Shown piece by piece: positions 5,945 through 13,971 of a DNA stretch of 32,000 bases (positions are counted from its first letter, which is position 1; each line of letters begins with the position of its first letter). Source of the DNA: Rhizobium vallis (lineage in GTDB: Bacteria > Pseudomonadota > Alphaproteobacteria > Rhizobiales > Rhizobiaceae); the NCBI RefSeq assembly GCF_003985155.1, contig NZ_ML133686.1, positions 1-32,000 on the forward strand. Reading direction: 5' to 3'. The position numbers and the translations under genes are program-made. Under the pieces are notes generated by a model. That model was given only the letters and a program-made list of their open reading frames with translations. It did not search any database and was not told the origin of the DNA.

Positions 5945-6595
5945 TTGAAGGCACAAATTCAAGCCAATTACGAAAAAAGGCTAAAGCGTTATGCCGCGCT
6001 TGTTCACGGGAATGAGCCGCTGGGGTTGGTTGCGAAGCTGGCGACATATTCATCTCTCTTGAAGCAGCATAAGCTCCATGGTGATGGGCTCCTCAAGATC
6101 GAACCATTGCTTTATCCACTTATCCAGGCTGTAGAGATTGATCTTCATCTTGCCGTGGCAAAGTTGCTCGAAGATCCAAAACGAAGCGACAGAAGTTTGT
6201 TTAAATTTCTCGAATTTTGCCTCACGAACCGGACAAACATTTCGTGGCAAGGAAAAGAGATTTCAGAGGACCTATTATTAAACCAACGTCAACAATTGGA
6301 AACGCATCGCACAACAATCAACAGCGTGATGGGCCGAAGAGATAAATTCTTTGCTCACCTCGACAAGCGTTACTTCAATGAGCCGTCGCGCATCTACACC
6401 GACTTTCCCTTGAGAGAAGAGGAAGTTATAGCTCTGGCGAACTGCGTGATTGGTGTCGTCTCATCTCACCAGACCAATCTCGGTTCGGCCGTCAGTTTCC
6501 ATGCCGGCGAGTTCTATACAATAGCTGTAGAAAATATGGTGCGAAATCTGGAAGCTGGGCGAAAAATGAACTTTCCGGGCCAACTTGAACAATAA
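5945..6595 (+). CDS. HEPN-like (Rx5H) Abi-type protein, putative RNase / abortive-infection effector
   Basis: 216-aa ORF with TTG start after GGGGAAGAAGG. Largely helical-looking. Motif GR(131)RDKFFAH(138)LD fits the R-x4-6-H HEPN signature seen in AbiU2-like families. This is the lowest-GC gene in the window. Confidence 0.45.
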   Translation: MKAQIQANYEKRLKRYAALVHGNEPLGLVAKLATYSSLLKQHKLHGDGLLKIEPLLYPLIQAVEIDLHLAVAKLLEDPKRSDRSLFKFLEFCLTNRTNISWQGKEISEDLLLNQRQQLETHRTTINSVMGRRDKFFAHLDKRYFNEPSRIYTDFPLREEEVIALANCVIGVVSSHQTNLGSAVSFHAGEFYTIAVENMVRNLEAGRKMNFPGQLEQ

Positions 6596-6626
6596 GAGTG
6601 TCAGCGACCACGGTGACGGCGTTGTT

Positions 6627-6893
6627 TTAGTCCGCAGCGTTCGCCTCACATCCGGGGCACTCGTCACCGTAGTCATTCAGCACATTCTGCAACTTATGTC
6701 GAATGGCCTCCTCATTCTCTGAGGACTCCTGGCGTCCTGCCAGTACAGCGTCTTCGAACGCCGAGGAGTCCATCTGATCAACAAGATAGCCATGAAGTTC
6801 GCATTCTTTGAGAGCGCCCGCATCCAACAGCATTGATTCCGCCCACTGGCGGTCAGCTTCGAGGTCCTCCAAAAGCCTTTTTGATCCGCTCAT
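6627..6893 (-). CDS. Small acidic hypothetical protein (88 aa) ending in CPGC
   Basis: Internal ATG 6893 was chosen over the 175-aa ORF-track version. The N-terminal extension of the longer version is Ser-rich and overlaps a better plus-strand ORF. Confidence 0.35.
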   Translation of the reverse strand: MSGSKRLLEDLEADRQWAESMLLDAGALKECELHGYLVDQMDSSAFEDAVLAGRQESSENEEAIRHKLQNVLNDYGDECPGCEANAAD

Positions 6894-7026
6894 TTCCGCA
6901 TCTCCAGGTTTAAAATCGCTATCGCTGAAACATAGGTTATTTCTAGGCGTTTTATAGTCACCATCTTCGATACTGGAAATACCAGAACGGTATTTGAGTT
7001 GTCGTTTCAAGGAATATGAGGATCGT

Positions 7027-7332
7027 ATGGAGCCAATCAAAGTTATCCGCAAAATTGCGGAAGCGATAGATAAATCAGTAGAAGAGACGTCTGACGTGCC
7101 GTGGAAAAATGCAGTCGAAGCTGGAGGCCTCATTTCGATGGGGGACACCGGCACAATTGGAATAGATGAGTGCTTCCAGCGCAGTTTCGGTCCATTGCTG
7201 CTTCAGTTCCAGTACAAGTGGTGGGATACCACGAAGACCTTTAGCCCCGGTCCGGACAGAACACGACTCACCCTTACTCTGCTACATGGAAGTCAGGAAA
7301 TTTCGAAGTACAGCGGAACATACGACACCTAG
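7027..7332 (+). CDS. Hypothetical protein (101 aa)
   Basis: ATG 7027 with GAGGA 4 nt upstream. Divergent from the 6893 gene across a 133-bp AT-rich spacer. No family recognised. Confidence 0.3.
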   Translation: MEPIKVIRKIAEAIDKSVEETSDVPWKNAVEAGGLISMGDTGTIGIDECFQRSFGPLLLQFQYKWWDTTKTFSPGPDRTRLTLTLLHGSQEISKYSGTYDT

Positions 7333-7374
7333 CGTGCAAAGGATGTCGGGCTCCTCCTGGAGTTGGGAAATCAC

Positions 7375-8742
7375 TTAGGCAGGCAGCCTAACAGCCTCGA
7401 CGCATCGGCGAGCCTGCTCAAGCAGCGGCCCCCCAGAGTACACTCCAAAGGTCATTCCTTGCCGCTTATGGCCAACAACGACAGCAATAGTGCTCTCCGG
7501 CTGCCCTGCCTGCTCTGCCTTGGTGATGAACCAGCGACGGAAGCTGTGGAAGTTTACGAGACCCCTACGCTTGCCCTCGCGCCTGTCCTCCACGCCAACA
7601 CTGCGACGATATGCTGTAAACTCGTTTGATGTCTTAAAGGACCGCTCACGCAGGGAATCCGATTTTTTTACGCCGGGCCACTCGGGGAAGATGTCATCCT
7701 CAGGTCCTTTGCCCTTCTTCCGGCGCTCAACGATTTCGACTAGGTCAGGGTGGATTGGGCAGAGACGTGGCCCCGGCTCTTTCTTTTGGGGCTTGAACAC
7801 GAACACCCCATCATCTCGGCAGTCCTTCACCTTGAGGCACACAATGGCATCCAGGCGGGCTCCGGAAAGGGCAGCGATCCTCATTAGGTCATCCATCGCC
7901 GGCTCGGCGGGCCCTTTCAGCAAAGTCTTGACTTCCTCGTCGGTAAACGGGCGCTCCTTCTGGTCGGTGGTCTGTCGAGGCTCACGCAAGCGCCGTCCTT
8001 GCCAAATGTTGGAATCGACCTCGTGCCGGTTCTCCAGCCAAGTCCAGTAGACCGAGAGGCGGCTAACGTATTTGTTGAGGGTGACAGGAGTAAGATTGGC
8101 GGTGAGGCTTGGAAGCTCATCACAGAACCGAACGGCCTCCTTCTTGGTCATCACCTGAAGATAGGGCGGCACACCTGCTTTGCTGCACCAATCCTTCAAG
8201 AGTTTTATTGCTCGCTTATCGTCCGCCAATGTGCGGGCCTTAACGTGCGAAGCCGCTAGAAACTTTTCATGGTGAAGGTCGATCGGCGTTCTGTCTCCGC
8301 GCGCTGACCGGGAGAAATCCTTAGCAAGGCGTAAGCGCTCGGGGTCGAAAACTTCATGGCCCTCCTCGTCGGTGGCAATGGGCTTGCCTGCGAGGGATTC
8401 CGCCTGCCAGTCGATCTCCTCATCAATCTCGTCTCGCCGCTCCGGATCGAACGCACTCTTGCGCTGCTCGGCAAATCGAACGGCCTGCTGCATTGCCTGC
8501 TCTCGGCTTATATATCGGGCGGTCTCCAACGATAGAGATGGATTTTCCGCGTGAGCAATGGTCGCTTTGAGGTCCGCTATGACATCCCATTTGAGGCGGT
8601 TTGCCTCCTTAAGGCTGTCAGTCCCCAACGATCTTTTAAGCTTCGTCCCAAGTTTGCCATGAAGCTCTTTCGGCACGTTGACGACAACGCGATACTGATT
8701 GCCGTGGCGTTCTAAAAACATGCGATCAGAAGAGAGGGCCAC
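7375..8742 (-). CDS. int: Tyrosine recombinase / integrase of the island
   Basis: C-terminal catalytic region with ...ALSGARLDAI...(R), HSFRRWF (H-x-x-R), VVGHKRQGMTFGVYS (H...Y). The N-terminal MFLERHGNQYRVVVNVPKEL arm-binding-type domain is common in alphaproteobacterial integrases. Start is ambiguous: GTG 8742 (GGAGG 5 nt upstream), ATG 8721 or TTG 8754. Confidence 0.9.
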   Translation of the reverse strand: MALSSDRMFLERHGNQYRVVVNVPKELHGKLGTKLKRSLGTDSLKEANRLKWDVIADLKATIAHAENPSLSLETARYISREQAMQQAVRFAEQRKSAFDPERRDEIDEEIDWQAESLAGKPIATDEEGHEVFDPERLRLAKDFSRSARGDRTPIDLHHEKFLAASHVKARTLADDKRAIKLLKDWCSKAGVPPYLQVMTKKEAVRFCDELPSLTANLTPVTLNKYVSRLSVYWTWLENRHEVDSNIWQGRRLREPRQTTDQKERPFTDEEVKTLLKGPAEPAMDDLMRIAALSGARLDAIVCLKVKDCRDDGVFVFKPQKKEPGPRLCPIHPDLVEIVERRKKGKGPEDDIFPEWPGVKKSDSLRERSFKTSNEFTAYRRSVGVEDRREGKRRGLVNFHSFRRWFITKAEQAGQPESTIAVVVGHKRQGMTFGVYSGGPLLEQARRCVEAVRLPA

Positions 8743-8752
8743 TAAAGCCTCC

Positions 8753-8773
8753 AAGTACCCAAGAAAGTACCCA
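8753..8773. repeat. Two direct AAGTACCCA 9-mers, 12 bp apart, at the integrase 5' end
   Basis: Exact copies at 8753-8761 and 8765-8773. TACCCAAG also occurs at 1243-1250 in the island leader. Confidence 0.6.
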
Positions 8774-8864
8774 TATCTAGTCCCGCAGGTGGCTGAATTT
8801 CAATAAGGATTTGACGCAGAAGAGAAATTATTCGGACAAGGTTGTCTCCCGCTTAGCTCCACCA

Positions 8865-8969
8865 GCCTACGCTCTTCGAGCTTCGGCTCGGCAAGCCGGA
8901 AGGCTTGACGTGACGAAGGCGAGAAGGAAAGCGGAGGCTGCCGCGCCGAAGTTGCGAAGCAACGTAGGC
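8865..8969. repeat. ~105-bp imperfect palindromic element between the integrase and the GIY-YIG gene
   Basis: Outer arms GCCTACG (8865-8871) / CGTAGGC (8963-8969), CTTCG/CGAAG and CTTCGGC/GCCGAAG. Inner hairpins CAAGCC-GGAA-GGCTTG and GCGG-AGGCTG-CCGC. Confidence 0.6.
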
Positions 8970-8985
8970 GGGCTATGATCCTTCC

Positions 8986-9225
8986 ATGAAGTATGTGTAC
9001 ATTCTCTGTAGTGTCGAATTTCCGGATCGCTATTACGTCGGCGTGACCGGTGACCTGAAGTCGCGCTTGGCAAAACACAATGCCGGTGAAGTCTCACATA
9101 CCTCGAAATACGTCCCCTGGTCTCTCAAGACCTACCTCGCTTTCTCCGATGAAGCGCAGGCCTTTGCTTTCGAGAAGTATTTGAAATCGGCGTCGGGCAG
9201 GGCATTCGCAAAGAAAAGACTCTAA
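8986..9225 (+). CDS. Small GIY-YIG nuclease-superfamily protein
   Basis: 79 aa. KYVYILCS...RYYVGVTGDLKSRLAKHN is the GIY-(x)-YVG...R..H motif set of stand-alone GIY-YIG (UPF0213-like) proteins. Confidence 0.8.
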   Translation: MKYVYILCSVEFPDRYYVGVTGDLKSRLAKHNAGEVSHTSKYVPWSLKTYLAFSDEAQAFAFEKYLKSASGRAFAKKRL

Positions 9226-9278
9226 CCCTCCCCATCAACGCCGGCAGGCCGCCCCCACAGCCCGCCGGCGCTTGCGCC

Positions 9279-9515
9279 TCACATCTCGACGATAGCAGCC
9301 GTCACCCGCTTTACCACCGGCAGCACCAATAGCAGAACGGGAAAGGCGATAGCCCAGGACAGCGCCCATGCGGAAGGCCACATGGCGAGTGCGGGCGCGG
9401 TCAGGCCTTGTGCTCTCAGAATGCTGATCGCCGAGACGACTGATGTCATCAGCAGCGAGAGGATGAGCGGCATGACGATTGTATTATAGCGTTTGGGGAG
9501 TTTGCCTTTGGGCAT
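9279..9515 (-). CDS. DUF2798-type small membrane protein
   Basis: ATG 9515 (GGAG 7 nt upstream) gives MPKGKLPKRYNTIVMPLILSLLMTSVVS... with two TM helices. The ORF track extends to 9545. Confidence 0.65.
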   Translation of the reverse strand: MPKGKLPKRYNTIVMPLILSLLMTSVVSAISILRAQGLTAPALAMWPSAWALSWAIAFPVLLLVLPVVKRVTAAIVEM

Positions 9516-9689
9516 TTTGATCTCCGTAAGATGCCGATCAGACAACTGCGCAGCGCCGACCGGCGGGTTGCGCGTTGATTGACGTAAACGCTTACGGAGC
9601 TTCGATCTGAAGCGACGCCGTTCTTATGGCCGAAAACATGTTGCCGTTCAAGTCCGCCGGGCCGCATCCCGGATCGCCCTCATCGAACT

Positions 9690-9863
9690 TGTTGCCGCGA
9701 TCCCAGCGATTCGCCTTCCTCAGCCGATGAGCAGAGCAGGACGCCGCCGTGTCATCCACACCGGACGAGCCGACGGGGCTTGCCTCGTCGGCTCGATCTC
9801 GTTTCTCGCGGCGTGACAGATGCGTCCGGTCTTCTGCTCACCGGCGATTTTAGATCCCTCAAG
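9690..9863 (+). pseudogene. Frameshifted fragment duplicating the 5' UTR and first ~45 codons of the DUF1275 gene
   Basis: About 80% identical by eye to 11605-11788. ATG 9727 corresponds to ATG 11648. The frame is broken after ~29 codons and homology ends at the PEBP gene 3' end. Confidence 0.75.
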
Positions 9864-9901
9864 ACAATCCGATGGACCGCAACCGCGATCCAAAACCGGC
9901 C

Positions 9902-10444
9902 TCAGCGGCCGTAGGTGACCTCGACGGAGGCTTTGCCGAGTGTATTGGCCCTGACATAGAAGCCGACCATGGCGGCAGGCGCCGTATTCGGCAGCGGAAG
10001 CTTGTCGACCGACAGCGCGTAGACCGTGAACTGATAGTGGTGCGGTTTGTCGCTGGCCGGCGGGCATGCGCCGCCATATCCTGAGGTGCCGAAGTCGGTG
10101 CGGCCTTCCACGACGCCTTCGGGAAGCTTCTTGTCGCCGCTTGCGCCAGTGGCAATCTTCGAGACGTTCGCCGGGATGTTGAAGACCGACCAGTGCCACC
10201 AGCCCGAGCCGGTCGGGGCATCCGGATCGTAGGCCATGACGGCGAAACTCTTGGTGCCCTCGGGAGCGCCGGACCAGGCGAGGTCAGGCGAGATGTTCTT
10301 GCCGGAGCAGCCGAAGCTGTTGAAGACCTGCGCGTCGGCCATGGGCTTGCCCGCGGTCAGATCCGTCGAAGTGAGCTTCATTTCCGCCTGTGCGGCCGTG
10401 GCGCCGATAAGGGACGTTGCGAGAAGTGCTGTGATGAAACGCAT
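9902..10444 (-). CDS. YbhB/YbcL-family PEBP (Raf kinase inhibitor-like) periplasmic protein
   Basis: ATG 10444 (AGGAAAG upstream) gives signal peptide MRFITALLATSLIGATAAQA. Contains the motifs YDPDAPTGSGWWHW and PPASDKPHHYQFTVYAL. Confidence 0.85.
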   Translation of the reverse strand: MRFITALLATSLIGATAAQAEMKLTSTDLTAGKPMADAQVFNSFGCSGKNISPDLAWSGAPEGTKSFAVMAYDPDAPTGSGWWHWSVFNIPANVSKIATGASGDKKLPEGVVEGRTDFGTSGYGGACPPASDKPHHYQFTVYALSVDKLPLPNTAPAAMVGFYVRANTLGKASVEVTYGR

Positions 10445-10482
10445 GTTGCTTTCCTGCGGTTGATGATGCCGCAGAGCTATCG

Positions 10483-11337
10483 TCACGGGGAAAGCACGTC
10501 TGCCCCGCTATGCTCAACTTCTGCCCCGATCCGCTCAACTGGCTCGGATCCGCTGCGCACATGGCGCGGACTGACCCCGAACCGCTCCTTGAAGCGCGCC
10601 GCGAATTGAGACGGCGAGTCGTAGCCGACTTCGAGAGCAACCTGCGCCATGGAAAGGGCCGTCATCTGAACGAGGCCCAAGGCCCGGTTCATCCGTGTAT
10701 CGCTCAGGATCTCGCTGAAGCCGGTATTCTCGGCCGCGAGTCTGCGCCTGAGCGTCGCTTCACTCATGTTGAACGAGCGTGCCGCATGCCGCAGCGTCCA
10801 GCCGAAGGCCGGATCGGTTTCAATCATCTGTCGGAGTCGGTCTTCGAGCCGAGGGCTTCGGCTTTGGCCCAACACCGCCCCGCACAGTGCAAACCAGGTG
10901 ATGAGCTCCATCAAGCGAGCCCTGGCGATGGCGCCGGGAAGCCTGGCGAGATTGCCGGGCTGACAGCAATATTCGAACAAAACAGCCGCTTCATCGGGCA
11001 TGTGGGAAGACCGCGCGGGAAGGGGTGTCGACGGGACGGCGATCGAGCCCATGCGGGCATAGGCTTCCTCGAACAATTGTCTGGGAACAGGGAGCGCCAC
11101 GGTCTGATACTGTTGCGGAGCCTTTGGAATGTTTTCCATCGTCAGCGGTTGATAATCGGGCAGCAGGCCATATGCGCCGGCATCCAGCCGCAAAGGCTTG
11201 TCGTCTGCCATGACGATCTTCGTTCCCGATTGCACCCGTATCAACAAGGGGCTCGTATTGACGATGCGACGAAAACAGGCCCGCCCGCCCTGTCGGATCA
11301 GGGCTCCGGTTGGAATGAGAAAATTCTGATGCTCCAT
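10483..11337 (-). CDS. AraC-family transcriptional regulator
   Basis: C-terminal double HTH (...FNMSEATLRRRLAAENTGFSEIL...MAQVALEVGYDSPSQFAARFKERFGVSP). ATG 11337 (GGGGAA upstream) is preferred; the ORF-track start is 11427. Confidence 0.85.
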   Translation of the reverse strand: MEHQNFLIPTGALIRQGGRACFRRIVNTSPLLIRVQSGTKIVMADDKPLRLDAGAYGLLPDYQPLTMENIPKAPQQYQTVALPVPRQLFEEAYARMGSIAVPSTPLPARSSHMPDEAAVLFEYCCQPGNLARLPGAIARARLMELITWFALCGAVLGQSRSPRLEDRLRQMIETDPAFGWTLRHAARSFNMSEATLRRRLAAENTGFSEILSDTRMNRALGLVQMTALSMAQVALEVGYDSPSQFAARFKERFGVSPRHVRSGSEPVERIGAEVEHSGADVLSP

Positions 11338-11444
11338 ACTTTCCCCAGCTATACGGGATGGCGGCTCATAAGCTCCGTCTGCCAGATCGCGCGACCGAAG
11401 CCAAGATGGCGAATAGCACAAGGCCATTCTGGCAATTCGCTAGC

Positions 11445-11516
11445 GCATGCCACGCAAAAGTGTGCAGCGGTTTGCGATTACGGCATGCGGGAACCAAAAG
11501 CCCCTAAAGCGCGGCA
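11445..11516 (+). repeat. Intergenic hairpin element, copy E1
   Basis: GCATGCC (11445-11451) pairs with GGCATGC (11482-11488). Inner stem CGCAAA/TTTGCG. Conserved loop AGTGTGCAGCGG. The tail ...CCTAAAGCGCGGCA is shared with E3. Confidence 0.7.
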
Positions 11517-11647
11517 AGCGAACAGGAAAGATCGCGGCGCGCTTTCAAATATTTTCTGCCCATTCCATCGCCTTTGCCAATTCCTCAATGAGAGGATCTA
11601 TCCTTATTGCCGCAATCTCAGCGATTCGGCTTCAGGACCTTCAGCCA

Positions 11648-12370
11648 ATGACCAGAGCAAGACGCCGCCGCATCATCCGTACCCGGCGAACCATGACCGG
11701 AGTGGCACTCGTCGGCGCGATCTCGTTTCTCGCTGGCATGACGGATGCGACCGGTCTTCTTCTGACCGGCGATTTCGTGTCCTTCATGACGGGCAACACG
11801 ACGCGGGCCGCATTGGCCCTGAGCGAGGGCAATCTCCATCACGCCGCGGTTCTGATCTCGGCCATCCTCGTTTTTGTGCTCGGCAATGCGGCGGGCATCG
11901 TCGTCGCTCATGTCTCGCAGCGCCGTATCTTCGTGGTGCTCGGCTGCGTCGGCCTCGTTCTGGCGCTTGCCTCGATGCTGACGATGCAGAACCTGCTGCC
12001 GGCGCGGTTCTACTCGATCGTTTTCGCCATGGGCATGGTGAATGCCGCCGTCGAGCACATCGAAGGCCTGCCGATCGGCCTGACCTATGTGACCGGCGCG
12101 CTGTCGCGGTTCGGCCGCGGCATCGGCCGCTGGATCATCGGCGACCGCCATGTCGAATGGACGATCCAGATCGTGCCCTGGGGCGGCATGGTGCTCGGCG
12201 CGATCGCCGGCGCCGTCCTGACGCAGCTGGTGGGCGCCCATGCGCTGTGGCTGGTCTCCCTGTTCGCCATGGTGCTTTCGCTTGCCGCCATGCTGATCCC
12301 GCGGCCGCTCCAGCGGCGCTTCAACCAGAAGATCACATCGACCCGATCGGGCATTGTCCGCGCGAAATAG
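11648..12370 (+). CDS. DUF1275 (YoaK-family) membrane protein
   Basis: ATG 11648 gives MTRARRRR...FLAGMTDATGLLLTGDFVSFMTGNTT, the family-typical motif, plus multiple TM helices. The ORF track starts upstream at 11447, over repeat E1. Confidence 0.8.
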   Translation: MTRARRRRIIRTRRTMTGVALVGAISFLAGMTDATGLLLTGDFVSFMTGNTTRAALALSEGNLHHAAVLISAILVFVLGNAAGIVVAHVSQRRIFVVLGCVGLVLALASMLTMQNLLPARFYSIVFAMGMVNAAVEHIEGLPIGLTYVTGALSRFGRGIGRWIIGDRHVEWTIQIVPWGGMVLGAIAGAVLTQLVGAHALWLVSLFAMVLSLAAMLIPRPLQRRFNQKITSTRSGIVRAK

Positions 12371-12438
12371 AACCGTCGCATTCCTGTTACCGTCGAATCG
12401 GATAGGAAGGACCGCCGCCCATCCTCAAGGAGTAGGTC

Positions 12439-13227
12439 TTGTTCGTCATTTCGAAGCTCGTCTGGATTTTCGCTCAGCCGCTGTCGCTGGCATTCTTCCT
12501 CGTCTTCTCAGCCCTCATTGCCGGCCTTCTCCGCTGGCGCACCTTAAGCATTCTCGGCGCAGCCGGTTCGGCCCTCATCCTTTTCGTCACGCTCTACACC
12601 ACGACCGGCAACCTTCTGATGCAGGATCTGGAGGAGCGGCTCGCCAAGCCGGCGGCCGATCCCGACAACCTGCAATGCATGATCGTGCTCGGCGGCGCCT
12701 TCGAAAGCGAAGTAAATACGGCGCGTCACGGCATAGAATTCAGCAGCGCCGCCGACCGCTTCGTCGAAGCGCTGCGGCTCGCGCAGAAATTTCCGCAGTC
12801 ACGGATTCTGGTATCGGGCGGCGACGGCTCCATTTCGGGCATCTACGAGGGCGATGCGGCGGCATCGGAGCGTTTCTTCCCGCTCTTCGGTATCGGCAAG
12901 GATCGCCTGATCGAGGAGCGGCAATCGCGCACGACCTTTGAGAATGCCGTCAACACGAAGGAATTCCTGGCGAGCCAGGGCCTTTCCAATTGCCTGCTGA
13001 TCACCTCGGGCTTCCACATGCCGCGCTCCGTCGGCATCTTCCGCAAGCTCGGCATCGATATCGTGCCCTGGCCGACCGATTATCGCACCGACGGCAAGGT
13101 GAAGCCCGGGCTGGATTTCACCCAGCCGAATCTCAACGCACAGAATATGGCGACGGCGATCCGCGAATGGTACGGCCTAGTCGGTTATTATCTCGCCGGA
13201 CGGACGTCGGAACTTTATCCGCAATAG
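12439..13227 (+). CDS. YdcF/ElyC-family (DUF218) protein
   Basis: TTG start with AAGGAG 6 nt upstream. Two N-terminal TM helices followed by the DUF218 pattern IVLGG...ILVSGG...SRTTFENA...ITSGFHMPRS. Confidence 0.8.
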   Translation: MFVISKLVWIFAQPLSLAFFLVFSALIAGLLRWRTLSILGAAGSALILFVTLYTTTGNLLMQDLEERLAKPAADPDNLQCMIVLGGAFESEVNTARHGIEFSSAADRFVEALRLAQKFPQSRILVSGGDGSISGIYEGDAAASERFFPLFGIGKDRLIEERQSRTTFENAVNTKEFLASQGLSNCLLITSGFHMPRSVGIFRKLGIDIVPWPTDYRTDGKVKPGLDFTQPNLNAQNMATAIREWYGLVGYYLAGRTSELYPQ

Positions 13228-13282
13228 AGCGCCAGGCGTCCGACAGGATGCGCCGAAGACGCTCCATCACTTTGAATTTGCG

Positions 13283-13311
13283 CCTAACCCAGAAAATCTT
13301 TCGGGGTTAGG
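13283..13311. terminator. Hairpin between convergent genes (weak bidirectional terminator candidate)
   Basis: CCTAACCC-N13-GGGTTAGG. No clear U tract. Confidence 0.3.
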
Positions 13312-13319
13312 TGCCAAGC

Positions 13320-13793
13320 TTATTTCTTCGAGATGGTGACGAATTTCGTGCCGCGGACGCGGGCCGTCACGATGCAGGGATCACCCTCAGTGCGGTCGCA
13401 GAAACGCGGATGCATCTTCATTGCCAGCACCATGTTGCCGAAACGCTGGACGAAGTCGTAGCCATAGATCTGCGCCGTCGCGATCATGAAATAGCCGCCC
13501 TCGGCAACCTGCAGATAGAAATTATAGGTGCAGCCGTCGTCATTGCATTGCGGCCCCTTCTGCCCGTCGCAGGTCAGCTGGCCCTCGTTGACCACGGCAT
13601 CGATCAGGCCGTCATTGTTGATGTCCTGCCTGATAACGAAGCCGTCGGCGAATTCGGCCGTCTTGCACTGCTCCTGGAAATGTTTCTTCTCGTAGATCTC
13701 CGGATCGGAAATCAGCGATTGCTGGCCGAAGGCGACAGCCGGCATGACAAGCAGCAGGACGATATTCAGAACGGCGAGCACCAGCTTTTTCAC
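13320..13793 (-). CDS. Secreted hypothetical protein
   Basis: 157 aa. Signal peptide MKKLVLAVLNIVLLLVMPAVAFG. Cys-containing mature part. No family recognised. Confidence 0.7.
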   Translation of the reverse strand: MKKLVLAVLNIVLLLVMPAVAFGQQSLISDPEIYEKKHFQEQCKTAEFADGFVIRQDINNDGLIDAVVNEGQLTCDGQKGPQCNDDGCTYNFYLQVAEGGYFMIATAQIYGYDFVQRFGNMVLAMKMHPRFCDRTEGDPCIVTARVRGTKFVTISKK

Positions 13794-13830
13794 GGCTTTC
13801 CTCTTTTGGATAAAGGCTCTCTAGCCTCAC

Positions 13831-13895
13831 GCATGTCGTCCAAAAGTGTGCAGCAGTTTTGGGACAACGACATGCATCAAATAAAGACTCCAGCT
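13831..13895 (+). repeat. Intergenic hairpin element, copy E2
   Basis: GCATGTCGT (13831-13839) pairs with ACGACATGC (13867-13875). Inner stem CCAAAA/TTTTGG. Loop AGTGTGCAGCAG. Confidence 0.7.
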
Positions 13896-13971
13896 TTATG
13901 GCGCCGCCGCCTTGCGCCGCCCTTGCCGCCGTGGTTTTTTCCTAAAACATCTGCCGGTTTCCGAGGTTCGC

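Noticed and set aside
6894-7154. N-terminal 87 codons of the 175-aa ORF-track call on the minus strand
   Set aside because: The extension is Ser-rich with no RBS at 7154. It overlaps the plus-strand ORF starting at 7027, which has a good RBS, so the shorter start at 6893 is preferred.
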